Notes under the pieces: model-generated
The model's database searches: none
What the model saw: only the letters and a program-made list of their open reading frames with translations
What the model was told of the DNA's origin: nothing
Source: Lepidodermella squamata
Taxonomy: Eukaryota; Animalia; Gastrotricha
Direction: 5' to 3'
DNA length: 64,000 nt
Assembly (NCBI GenBank): GCA_047495785.1
Contig: JBLDXI010000015.1
Location: 1,550,001-1,614,000, forward strand
Shown here: positions 52,487 to 64,000 of the stretch, one piece after another
How the letters are laid out: the number at the start of each line of letters is the position of its first letter
Position numbering within the stretch: position 1 is the stretch's first letter
Position numbers and translations under genes: made by a program

Positions 52487-54674
52487 GTTGATACAGTAAA
52501 GAATTTCGAATGAAGTAATGGTGTTAAGCAGCCGTGAGTTTTGTAAAGAAGAGTCGTGCCATCTGCCACGCGCCGTGGGCTGATGGCATGAATTTACTAT
52601 CAATGACATCAGAGGTGAACACGACAAAGCTGCAGTAATTCATTACTCTGACGAAGCTCCGATATCTACTATTTGTTTCTTTCAACTTCAGCATATTACG
52701 CAAATTATGGCACAAAGGTTGAATCGTAATGCGGTTTCATCCACAGCCTAAATTAGTGACCGAAGTGTTAAGAGGACCTCACCCTAACATGAAGCTTTTG
52801 ATCACGATATATAATAAAGTTTCAGATTTTAATTACACAACGAGAGAAAATCTCACTTATCCCCTTGGCTATTTTATAATTTTAGAATCTTCTGAAACAA
52901 ATTTCGCTTCAGTCGAGGAAGCCGTTATTTGCAGCACTATTTTATCTCACTTAAACTTAAAAAATGCCTTCAAAGGTGAAGCCTGAGATGTTCTTTAGAA
53001 GCCTAAAATCGTCGGAACCCGTTTATACTAGGGATACCTGGCTGCCGAAGTTGTTCTATGATCGGTACTCTCCTTTGACTTAGGACTAGACAGGCTCAAC
53101 TTGCTCACAAACTTTATGCTCAACTTTATGCGACAACGGCAACCTCAATTCGAACGGTCAACCCCGGGAATCTTCGCAACGTTTTACTAAACGGTTAGCC
53201 AGATTTTACGATCAAGTAATTTCAGATTTTACGAAACAAAAATGTTTTTATTTGTCCTTCACTTTCCTTGCACGATTTGTATAAATAATTTAGATGCAAC
53301 CAGCATGAATCTAACAATCTAACAATCAAACAATCAAAGTCAAAAATAAAAATAATAGGATAGAAGGCGCAATGAATTGATGAAGCTTGCTCAGCTTCAT
53401 CTTCGTGCCCAAACGCGTGCCCGAGACAGATCGTATACACTCCTTACAAAAGCACAGCACATATAAGCGTTAATCAGTAAAATGTGTGTTTTCGGTAATA
53501 TTTCAATCATTTATGCCATGCTTTTCAGTTATAGCCGTTCATCAGGTTCATGCTGACTGTCAAGAATGTCCAGTGCCGAAACTTCGAAATGCCTGATAAC
53601 ATCGGTCAAGAACAAATGACCATTTCAAGCAGTTCTGATAATACTTTCCCGAGTGCCGAAACTTTAGCTACCGCAGATACCGATCTGAGAAAATTGCTTT
53701 CCAGCCTCGAGGACGTAGGGCGCTAATGCAGTGGCCTTCCAGCTCCGTCAGCAGAGGCTTGAGTAACAACAGGAATTTCGTTGAATTGCCCTCATTTATG
53801 TTAGTCCCAGAGGAATACCAAGGAATACCAAGACTTGGCGCAAATTAATAGATCTGGCAGCGTTGTGCTCCAGCTCAGCTGGGGTACCAGATATCGGTCT
53901 CGTTGGACTTATGGTATTGACCGCCATTCACACAGCAATTTTAATCGCTGAAAACTAACGACTCGAAATTCGATGAGCCATTGCAACGTTTCTCCCATGT
54001 GAGTCGCAACCATTCTTCGATTTGCTTTCCGATGCGAATGCCAAAGTAAGGGCTTTTAGCGAGCAATAGTCAGGTCAGCTGTCTAAATCTTTAGCATTGA
54101 AAACAGCCGCGTAAAGCAAATCTAGCTTGTTTTGCTGAGATCCAAACCGACAACAACCTTCTTATCCTTGAAGCCAAAATCAACTGATAATCCGAAAGAT
54201 CGCTCTGAACTTCAACTCCATCCGCTCTACCTACTACACTCCATACTTCGCTCTGGCCTTATGTTCCGTCCTCGAGCTTCCTTTCGCATGGCACATCCCA
54301 TCATCCATCATGTTAATATCACGATCGATATCCGCGTGATGATTTGGCTGTCTTAGATGCCATCCTCAAGTATTTATATTTCTTGTCGTGATTACCTCGA
54401 CCTGCCTGCGTTAGTACCACGGTCTTACAAATGGATGTTTATTTTCTTCAAGGATTACAACAAACAAAACAAAGTTCAAACAGACAGAATTACTTAAAGA
54501 AAATGAATATCTGTGTATCTAAATGCTGTTTCAAACGCAGCCCACGTACTGCTTAGGGCAAGAGATGCCAAAGATAAGTAAAAGGAGAGCGACTAATTAA
54601 TACAAATTAATTTCTGTAAGGAGTTGGCTATTCATCTTAAACAAAAGAAATTTCATTCAATAATGGACAACCTG

Positions 54675-54778
54675 CGTCAAGCCTTCTGGTATCTTCCAAG
54701 AAAAAAGCATCATTTGCAAATTATTTACGTCAAGCATTCTGGTATCTTCTAAGAAAAAAGCATACTTTGCTAATTATT
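54675..54778. repeat. Two-copy ~54-bp tandem repeat upstream of Cys-rich gene A; third partial copy at ~56934-56961
   Basis: CGTCAAGC(C/A)TTCTGGTATCTT(CC/CT)AAGAAAAAAGCAT..TTTGC.AATTATT twice; CTTCTGGTATCTTGTAAGAAAAGTGCAT upstream of paralog B. Confidence 0.7.
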
Positions 54779-55208
54779 CAACAATTAATTTCAGCGGGGA
54801 CAGATTTTTTCATGTGAAACAAAAGAAGCCGTAAGCAGGTGTTGGTCGTTCTCGTAAACTTCTTTTCGATCGAGCCAGAGATACCGCATCAACCGGGAAG
54901 TTTCTGTCAGGCAGGGATAAGTGGTGATTTTAAAATCTTATGATATTCTTACTGATATAAGACCCCAAAATTGCACGGTCTTCACGATTTGACTCTGAAA
55001 GCAACCCCTTCCCAGGAAAGACAATGTCCTGTTTAAATTGAAATATAAGTCAAAACGATAGGTTAGTCCCTGAAAACTACGCAATCCGCCTGCGCATAGC
55101 CACTAATTGGGCTTTAGGCTATATAACGGCGATGAAAACGCTGCTAAAATCACAACTCAAGGCCAATTCTACTAAAACCATATTTAATCAGACACCTTTT
55201 TCCAAAGA

Positions 55209-56335
55209 ATGAACGTTCTCTTGACACTTGCGATATACGCTGCGTTCATTGCCTCTGTGGCCAGATGCTGCCCTTCGTCGGCTTCATCCGCCCTCGGAGC
55301 GAGTGCCGCGACGCCTCCAGCAACGACATGTGCTCCATGCACGTCCTCCACGTCTACATGTGCTAACGGGGGTACTTGTCAAACTGGCACAGCTTGCGAC
55401 ACGACGAGCAATTTCTGTGGCGCAAAATCGGCAGAATACTGCCCGAAATCGAGCCCTGACGGAACGACAGACTCCACGAAATCATGCCAAACCAAAGGCT
55501 CGGTATAATAACATGCCACCTGGGTTTATGCAATGCAACCAACTATTTTTTACATTCTTTCAGTTCAAGAAATGTTCGTTTGCGATATCGAATTCCGATA
55601 ACACTAAATGGCTGCTCGCTGATACAGCCGTGTGCCTAAGCAGCGGCACCTGCACGGAGTTCGGCACATTGGTCAGCGTTTTTAACATTTTGCGGCAGCT
55701 ATGCTCTATCGTTGCTAACAACCAAGGGTTCTAAGGCTTTGGGAATAGAATGGGCTCTTAGCGTCTAAAATTTTCACTTCATTTCACCGAAAGTTTCATC
55801 CGAGGAAATTAAGTCAAAATTGAACTCGCTCTCTTGGTTACCAATTACCAATAGTTGATACTGCCTTGTTCGGGAAAAGCCAAAAAAGCTAGTGGACTAT
55901 TATCAACCTCAACTTTGTTAACTATTCCAGGCCACGTCTTCCGGTGACTACTCTAGCTTCACTGAGTGCTGCACTGCTCTGAAATCATCTGCGTCAGACT
56001 CAATTCTTTACTCAACCGGAAAGAAGGCCAGCGGAGGGAGTCTGTCGTACTGCTACAAAGGCGGCCAAATGCTTACGTCAACGTTTTCAAGCAAGAAAAA
56101 ATGTGTGGAATTCCCCAACGCCAAAGCTGATATGACGGGAACACAAGTAAACCGCTAAAAAATTAAATATACCGTATTAAACAATATTTTTGTGTTTTTA
56201 TAACAGGATCCAGCTCCGGCGGCTAACTTTTTCTATGAATGTTGCTCTCAAGCTGCAGCAACGACGACATTTGCTTCCCAACAGCTCGCCGGAATAAATT
56301 TCGTGATGAATGTCAACTCTTGTTTCCAGTCATAA
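55209..56335 (+). CDS. Secreted Cys/Thr/Ser-rich protein, paralog A, ~248 aa, 4 exons
   Basis: Exons 55209-55502, 55564-55671, 55931-56146, 56207-56335 (all phase 0). Signal peptide; TATA at ~55120; colinear with paralog B. Confidence 0.8.
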
Positions 56336-58000
56336 CCGACGGAATCGCTATGCGCTATGCTATGAACGGGAGAGCATCTAGAAAAACGAAATAAGAGCAC
56401 GATGTTGCTACGAATTTTATTGCATCTTTGTATTTTTATTAATATATATCAAAAGATCGAATTATTTAGGTGGTCGCAGCCGACCGCATCGATTTCATTA
56501 GAAACTATATAACCTCCTATATTCAAGGGATAAGCAATAAAGACATTTTTGTAAATATAAAAGTGTATTTCCCTCTCTTTTCGCATACTCATTTGTTATA
56601 ACCATATGTTTGACGCTCATGCACAGAAAGTTTCTGCGGAACAGATATCTCATTGGGCTCCCAAATATCATACATTTCGGCTAGGATAGTTTAGGTGCCC
56701 CTTTGCAGCGGGTTTATTACCCATTTCGGGTATTCAGTTGGCCATCATAGTATCATCAGTTGGGATCATAGTATCACCTTCAGTGCGGCAAGTGACGCAA
56801 CTATGGATTTAATTTTCGGACTTCTTTCAACAAATTCTACTACCTACTCCAATTCTATTCTAATACCATTGAAATTACGCTATTCCTGAAAACTCAGGCG
56901 CGTTTTTTTGAACAATGAAAAGCTTTTAACCTCCTTCTGGTATCTTGTAAGAAAAGTGCATATGCCACTGTGACATCTACCTTCTTTTGCTCATTTTTCA
57001 AGACCTACTAATAATTGTAACGTGCGTTGAAATGTGTATTGCAGCTAGGTAACATAAACAGGAATGAATTCCGCGTAACAATCCGGTATACCCTGTTCGC
57101 GAAGAGGTCGAATTTGGGACCTCGTTCGCATCGAGCTAGTCAAGAAATATCGTTGGCAGCGCGGCAAAGTCGCTACTAGGCTTGTTTAATTTTTTTGTCA
57201 TTGAACATGTTTAATTTGGCGAATACAGCATAAATCCATGCGGGCAGCATCAGAAACGTTGCTGCAAGATACGTGATGGCACGATGCAAGATGGAAAAAA
57301 TACATTTCGCATGTTGTTTTAGTTCACGTTAAATTACTGCTTTTATGTGCACATGTTGCCTGTTGTCCAAGTCTATTGGCCTAGTGTCCTAGTGGCCTAG
57401 ATGGACAACGCCGCTGCGCAAAAGGAAAAACGGCTGTTGAAATTCATCGCAGAGTTGAAGCGTTATGCACGCTTACCACAACGAAGGGTCCGCTTGATGG
57501 CTGCATCTGACATGAGCCACCCGGATGAGGACTTAGCAAAAAGGGATACATATTACTCAAAGAATAAAGCAGAAACAGTTCCATTGCGAATTGCAGGTTG
57601 ACGAAACAGTTGAACAGTGGTGGTTAATTAAGACTCGCGGTGTACTTCGAATTAAATTTCGAATTGAATAAGGCAGTATATACGGGCCAGATTTTGCTGT
57701 CCATTTTCTGTAGATCTTTCGATTGAGATCTGTGACTATGAAATTAGAGACGCCCATATATGATTGATAAATGATAAATGATGAAAGACCCATATATTGA
57801 TGAGTATTGATTGAGTCAAGAGTCAAGAGTATCCACTTGAGTATCATGGCCTGCTCTTAGAATATAGATCTGGGTTTAGTTATTAGCGGGTGCTAACTTG
57901 TTCTGAATCTTACCTTGGCACGATCAATATTGTCGCAATTCATTTGGATGTGCTTGAGAGGCCGACTCGGTCTAGCTGTGACCTCATCTCAACGATAATA

Positions 58001-58673
58001 CACCTTTTTTCATCCGCATTTTCAAGTGCAGAACAATTTCATTTTTCGTTTTCATTTTTATTTTTCTTAAAAAAGACTGACGCCATAGAGAATAGAGTTA
58101 CCAGAGATGAAACTCCTATTGGAAACTTGAAGTTTTAATTCTTTCGCCGATTTTCGTAAATTTTCATTATGGCGGATCTTTTTGACAGTCACGCATACAT
58201 GTTTACATGTAAAACAAGGGTGTTTTTCCGCGCGCTATACCCAAAATAGCTCATCATGGAATTCCGATTTTTTTTATTGTAATCGATGGGGATTGGTTTC
58301 AACTACAGCCAGTTCAAAGGATTTCGTACGGAAATGGACGGTTTTGACGCCATAGCGATTTCCGCGAAGGTCACTTTTTTGGGGGTTTAAAAATGGTTGT
58401 TTTTGCCTTGACCCCACGGCCACATTCTTGATCGGACTATCGCTTTCTTAAGTGGAATTGGTAGAACTGAGTCCATGTTATAAGCGTGTGAAATTTCTTG
58501 TTTACCAAAGCCACCGTTCAAAAATTATTCATCGGCGAAAGAATTAAAACTTCAAGTTTCCAATAGGAGTTTCATCTCTGGTAACTCTATTCTCTATGAC
58601 TGACGCAAATTCCAACCGTATAGAGCAGTAGCACAGGGGATTTCAATTATGAAAATGTAGATGAAAACAGGCG
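58001..58673. mobile_element. Older small TA-flanked TIR element interrupted by the 58084-58598 MITE
   Basis: TA|CACCTTTTTTCATCCGCATTTTCA versus TGAAAATGTAGATGAAAACAGGCG|TA, imperfect inverted ends. Confidence 0.45.
58084..58598. mobile_element. 515-bp MITE with CATAGAGA termini (P-element-like)
   Basis: Perfect 68-bp TIR starting CATAGAGAATAGAGTTACCAGAG; 8-bp TSD ACTGACGC (58076-58083, 58599-58606). Confidence 0.92.
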
Positions 58674-59407
58674 TAGTTGATTCATAGTTAGTCGATCATC
58701 GATCATGCGCCGTTTTTCAATCTACTGATTTCCGCCTGGGTTGCAGCTGCTAAAACCAGAGCAATTTTTCGTGTGCCGCGCTCAACATAACATTATTAGG
58801 CATTAAAAACCTCCGAAAAACTGTCATGTGGCTTTAGCGGAGTTAAACACTGTACCGACGAGGGGGTTGTCTCGTTTATTTTCGTAATGAATTGCTTGAA
58901 AATAACGCTAACTGGCAGCAATTACACGCTTAATAGCTATCACGCTGGCTTTAGCGAATGCATTTGAGCTTTAGACATGTTATTAGAAAAAAGAAGCTTA
59001 ATATCACAATGATCGGTTGCGGTGATAAGGATTTTTTCTATTTGATGAACCTGACTCGATGGAATACTTCACACGCCAATGGCCGTTGCCGCATCAACCG
59101 AGAAGCTCCTCCAGTCACTGGCTTTTTTCTATTGACATGAACATCTTCGCCATTTTTACTTCGGTATTTGAATGAGTTGCTCACATATGGGACAGCGTTG
59201 CTCCTGAGGGTTGAAATTGTTCCTATACATGAAGTGACTACAACAGTTCAAGCCGATACTAGTCTCACATGCGCGATGCATTCCCCACCACCTACATCAT
59301 TGCGCCGACCATGTAACTTGGGTCTCAGCTATAAAATGACTTATTAGCTGAAGAGAACAATTTACTGCTCCAGTATTAACTTTAACTTGCCCTCTGAGAA
59401 CAAAATT

Positions 59408-60950
59408 ATGACCAACTTTCATAGCATCTGTGTTTTCGTTGCCCTGACTGCCTCTCTTGCGAGAGGCTGCCCACCTTCAGCTACGACTGCAACCACTACC
59501 ACAACAGCAGCGACTACCACAACGTGCGCCCCCTGCCCAGCTCCGTCTGTAGCTGCGACGTGTCCCGACGGAAAAACGTGTCAAAGCAGCGCACCTGCGT
59601 GTTCCGACGGGAAAACTTGTCAAACTGGCACAGCCTGCGACACGTCGACCAACTTTTGCGGCGCCAAATCGGCAGAATACTGCCCAAAGTCGGTCCCGGA
59701 TGGAGCAACCGACTCCGCCAAGTCATGTCAAACCAAGGGCTCGGTAATATAACAGCAGCTCGATTCAGTATCTAAGTTCACTGATAACTGTGTCCATTTT
59801 CAGTTCAAAAAGTGCACACTCTCCATTTCGAATACCGACAATGCCAAATGGCTGCAGGCAGACACAAACCTGTGCATGAGCTCGGGCACCTGTACATTGT
59901 TTAGCACGGGGGTAAGCAGTTAACCGTGATATTGCGAGTCGCGCGTATCACAAAATTCAACAATAGCTTTCACTTGATTGCCTTCCAAATCTATTAGGAG
60001 GAACCGAGATTAGGATAGCGCAAATGATTTCCCAACGGCCACCCGACTAACCTCAAGCTACATACCTAATTAAGAAAATACTGATTAAAATTGAATATCA
60101 AACACAAAACACAACTAGAGAACATTTAAGAAGTGATCGATATATTTCAGGCTACGGCGACTGGTGATTTTGCGAGCTTTGATCTGTGTTGTGCTTCGCT
60201 AAAAGCGGCGCCTACTTCCCGGATCTTCTATTCAACTGGCTACTCTGACATCCCTGTTTCATTCTGCTACGCAGCCGACCAAATTCTCCCATGGGTAGCG
60301 GCAAACCAGTGCGTTGAGTTTCCGAATGCTAAATCTACGCAAGCAGCTACACGAGCGGCATAGAGAAAAAATGACCAGAGTAAGCACTCAAGCTAAAATT
60401 TTGATCTCCATTATTATAGAAGTGCGTTCTCAAAACGGATATCACCGTTTTCTACCAAATTTTGCATGCCTATAGAACTCAAGCTGCTCTTTCACGTGGT
60501 ATAAGATTTGAGGTGGGCAATTGCTGCTCAGTCTTGATATCATCAAAATAAGTAAAACCATAGTGAAAACGAGGTTTTTGTATCGTAAAAACAGTTTGGT
60601 TGCCCACCTCAAATCTTATACCACGTGAAAGAGCAGCTCGTGTTCTATAGGCATGCAAAATTTGGTGGAAAACGGAGATATCCGTTTTGAGAAAGTCAAC
60701 TTTGAATTAAGATGAGGATTTAGAAATTTTAGCTCGAGTGCTTTCTCTGGTCATTTTTTCTCTATGACGAGCGGTAATTCTGTCTTCTTATTTGGATTAA
60801 AACGTTTTCATTTCGTTCTTCTTTCGCTAGGCCGGTGGGGCGGCATCTCAACTCCAGGAATGTTGCTCTGTAACTAGCGCGACCAAGTTTACCAAGACAA
60901 CCCTCGGCGGATCGCTTTCTTCGTTTACAGTCAGTTCCTGCTTTCTTTAA
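59408..60950 (+). CDS. Secreted Cys/Thr-rich protein, paralog B, ~256 aa if exon 3 splices at 60357; donor displaced by a MITE
   Basis: Exons 59408-59743, 59804-59911, 60151-60357, 60831-60950; same exon phases as paralog A; near-identical block CQTGTACDT..NFCGAKSAEYCPKS.PDG.TDS.KSCQTKGS; TATAAA at ~59330. Confidence 0.75.
60359..60766. mobile_element. 408-bp fold-back MITE with CATAGAGA termini (P-element-like) inserted at a splice donor
   Basis: TIR CATAGAGAAAAAATGACCAGAG / CTCTGGTCATTTTTTCTCTATG, with inverted similarity over most of the length; 8-bp TSD ACGAGCGG (60351-60358, 60767-60774). Confidence 0.92.
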
Positions 60951-61242
60951 GGGACGCGGTGATGATGACTGAACTTAAAACTTGATATTCAGTGCCAGTG
61001 GAATGATATTACTTGAATAACAATTAACGATGATTGTTAAAAAGTCTTAAAACGAATGCTATAACACTTTCTATTGTTGCCTTTTCATGTTCGAAATAAG
61101 AATTCCGGCCATGAGATTATTAAGCAGTAAAATTTACCTTGTAAAATGAGTTCATAAATTCAGATATGACCGTTAAAAAGTGATAAGTGGGGTTTGTGAT
61201 ATTCTGTATTTTCCAGAAAATGGCAAAACGTGTGTTGACTTG

Positions 61243-61541
61243 GGTAACGGTGACGAGTTCTGGCGATCACGGGATCATGACCGAAGACCCGACTTGTTTG
61301 ATGTTAGGATGATTGAGCAAAAACACACTTCGGAAGGTACGAAACTAAGGCATTTTATTAAGGCTAGAGCTAAGCTACTTTATGATCACCGAAGCGGTAG
61401 ATGATCTAAACGTATCAAATTAGGCCTTTTTATAGGCGGAATGGCATCAGGTTTCTGACGCGGCTATTGCTGGCACGCGCCAGACAGAAATAACAATTCG
61501 TGGCGTGACACGTGCTATTTATTAAAGGTGTCACCGCCACA
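61243..61541 (-). mobile_element. Solo LTR (~299 bp), related to the LTR at 22632-22880
   Basis: Direct repeat ACTTG on both sides (61238-61242, 61542-61546); short inverted ends GGTAACGGTGAC / GTCACCGCCACA; minus-strand TATAAAAA and AATAAA; shares GTGACACGTGCTAT and CTATTGCTGGCACG with the POLQ-intron LTR. Confidence 0.65.
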
Positions 61542-64000
61542 ACTTGGACGATTCACAAGGATTTTGAAACGTTCTTCTAGTCAGTTTTTCTCGAGGAGTT
61601 GGAAGTTTTATACTTCAGACCTCTAGGAGGCTCCCATCCACCTTGGTTGAATTTTTTTCATATAGCGTCAAAAGTCGACATTCGACATCGGCCGCATGGA
61701 ACCGTTATTAAAAAGATCTGATAAGTTGTCCACGTTTGGATTTTTTTGCCAACATTTCACGATGTATATAACATTTCGCTAATCTCTACTTTTCAATTGA
61801 TAGCAGTCAAAATATAAGTATTATCATGCCGACCAGAGATTTAAGTCTTCATCGTCATCATTTGGGACACAAACCAGAGCAGATTTTGCGATCATCATAT
61901 ATATGCATTAGGGAAATCCCTGATGTCCGACGTGGCTCTTTGCTATTTCAAGTCAAGCCGTCCCTCATCGTTCGTGAGCGCATCATTTAACGATGCTATG
62001 ACAGCCAGAGACTCAATAAAAAATAACCACACAAAGCGGTCGATTAAGAAGATCATAAATGCCCAAACGTTTCGCAAATACTTACTCAGAATCACTCAGA
62101 AAATGACAAGCCGGCATCACGCAATATTTACCGCATTTTTTCAGCGGAAGTAAAACCTTAATTCAACGCAAAACGAAAAACGTACCAAATTCGTAAACAT
62201 CCAAAAAAAGTCTGACATTCGCTGCTAAAATATCCGCAAGGTGGTGATTACGCGGTATAATACTACTTTCCCTCAGTACTCCACATCAGTCAACAATTGC
62301 AACGCAGGTATCCCTATGCAATTAGGGGCGCCAGTTAGGTATGCACTGCTTCTATTAAGTTGCTTAATAAAACAGCTCTTTGTAATACAATATAAGTTTC
62401 TTATTCTGTGAACCCTTGAAATTTCCAGCCGCAACTCATATACTTGTAATGGCGCGGCTGCTATACTGGTTTAGACTGCCAAGCTTTTTAAGGATTATAA
62501 GCTGGGGGATCAGGTGCAGGCAGAGCTGTGGTACATTGAGTTCTATTTGAGTCAAGTTAAAGCCTTTAAATTTCACGGCTTTCACAAATTTTTTGCCTCA
62601 CGTAATTATAATTTGTTCGATTGAAAAATCAGTGCTTGGAACTCTAAAACACATGGAAATCCATATTACCTTGAGGCATATTATTTAAAGGTAGAAAAAA
62701 TGATCAGCACTGGAATTTTTCTTATCATAGCGCTACCATATTGTTTAGCAATTATTTTTTAAATTACCACTAGCCGCAGAAGCTAAAACATATAGACCAC
62801 GTGGCTATGCGTGATACGTGACTAGTTTTTTTCGGACCGTAAAACTGGTATTATAGTCAAGTTTATACGAGCATATTTAATTTTGAATTTTTATATAAGA
62901 AATATTAATGAGGAATAATTATTTAAGGGTGATCTACTGTACATTTAAAATTAATATATCGTTTACTTTGCCTACATTTATCGCGAAGCTCCCAGACGTT
63001 CTGCCGTAATTTTCAGGTTGAGGGACATTCTCTCACCCACCCGTCTTCCAACTGCGCGCTGAGCGCATCCTATTTTTCTGTTGAATTTTCTGAAATATTT
63101 TCGAATATTTTTCAAACTTGCCGTGATAACTTCAGCCCAAAACTTAGTATTACAAGTTCATCGGTCTCAATTTGCCTTCTTCAAAACTTGGCTAAAACTT
63201 GGTTAAAAAATAGTTTTTCAACTTAGGGGACACGCTGTATGATTTTCCTTTCACTTCACTCTTCACTTGAGATTTTGACTTCTATGGTAGGCTTTTTTAT
63301 GTGCATAATCATCGAGATCACATCACATTTGCAGCGTAATAAATGTTATGAATTCAAAAATTGTAGCAGCTCAACCGAATATTCGTGGGAGTTCTGAGAG
63401 TGTGGTCTTCCTTTCATGCTTTCGTCCAAAATAATACCTTCCAGTATCTTATTGTTTTACCATCTAGAGATATTGGATACATATGAATCAGTTATTCCAA
63501 AATACCGGAAAAACCTGATCTTATACCGATTAATTTATTGTTTACCGGGCGTGCGCAGTGGAGCGTGTCGGTATTTTTATTACAACCTGCCCGCATCGCC
63601 TGCTCGCCGGCCCGCCCAATACTATGAACAACAACAAAAATAACAACAACAGCCCGGATCAAGCGATACTAGATAGCGATTATTCGTCTTGCACGGTTGC
63701 GCTCTTCACGCTTGTTGGCCGCACTTTCATCCAAGCAGCCACCTTAATGTCCCTCGCAGTGCGGCGACGGCGCGGGTCGTGCGCCCGATTTATCATCAGC
63801 TCAGGCCTAGCTCTAGTCACATTTTACATCGCAATCGCAATTTTGCAACAAGACGGCAATTACAACTCAAATTTCACGTATCAATTAACACCCCAGGGCT
63901 TGTTTGCAATCAACCGTGACGGAGAGCGGAAACCAAATACCGTCAACTTGAACCAGCCTATTGAAATTTCATCACCGAATTGTACCGAGAAAGATGCTGA

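Noticed and set aside
53130-53205. tRNA/SINE-like head on the minus strand (GTTCGAAT B-box-like)
   Set aside because: No cloverleaf, weak A box, single copy in the window.
62230-62475. Two exon-like pieces joined by a GTATGC...TTTCCAG intron
   Set aside because: Upstream stop, no start codon or recognisable domain.

Overview
Eukaryotic (invertebrate metazoan-type) genomic DNA with many short (~50-60 nt) GT-AG introns and a few long, transposon-filled introns. Gene models were built by hand from the ORF track plus splice-site reading. In order: the 5' end of a secreted Cys-containing protein gene (-), an atypical class A GPCR (-), a cytosolic HSP70/HSC70 (-) whose second intron holds a box C/D snoRNA candidate, a 131-aa orphan ORF abutting an 8-exon DNA polymerase theta gene (POLQ, +), a NIDO-AMOP-VWD-Sushi (Mesh/SUSD2-like) gene (+), two divergently oriented six-domain ceruloplasmin/hephaestin-like multicopper oxidases (one membrane-anchored, one apparently secreted) flanking an ABCC/MRP transporter with a 1-nt frame discrepancy, a degenerate PHYHD1-like dioxygenase (-), a Kunitz-Kunitz-mucin-PAN protein (-), and two tandem paralogous secreted Cys-rich proteins (+). 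Mobile DNA includes MITEs with TA, 8-bp and 9-bp target duplications, a Helitron RepHel fragment, a tyrosine-recombinase-like relic, a gag-only copia-like LTR relic and a solo LTR. The best leads are the HSP70-intronic snoRNA candidate with two 18S complementarities, the anchored/secreted oxidase pair with His/Met-rich inserts ending in basic cleavage-type sites and a missing trinuclear copper ligand, and a fold-back MITE inserted exactly on a splice donor. No database searches were run; family assignments rest on motif recognition.
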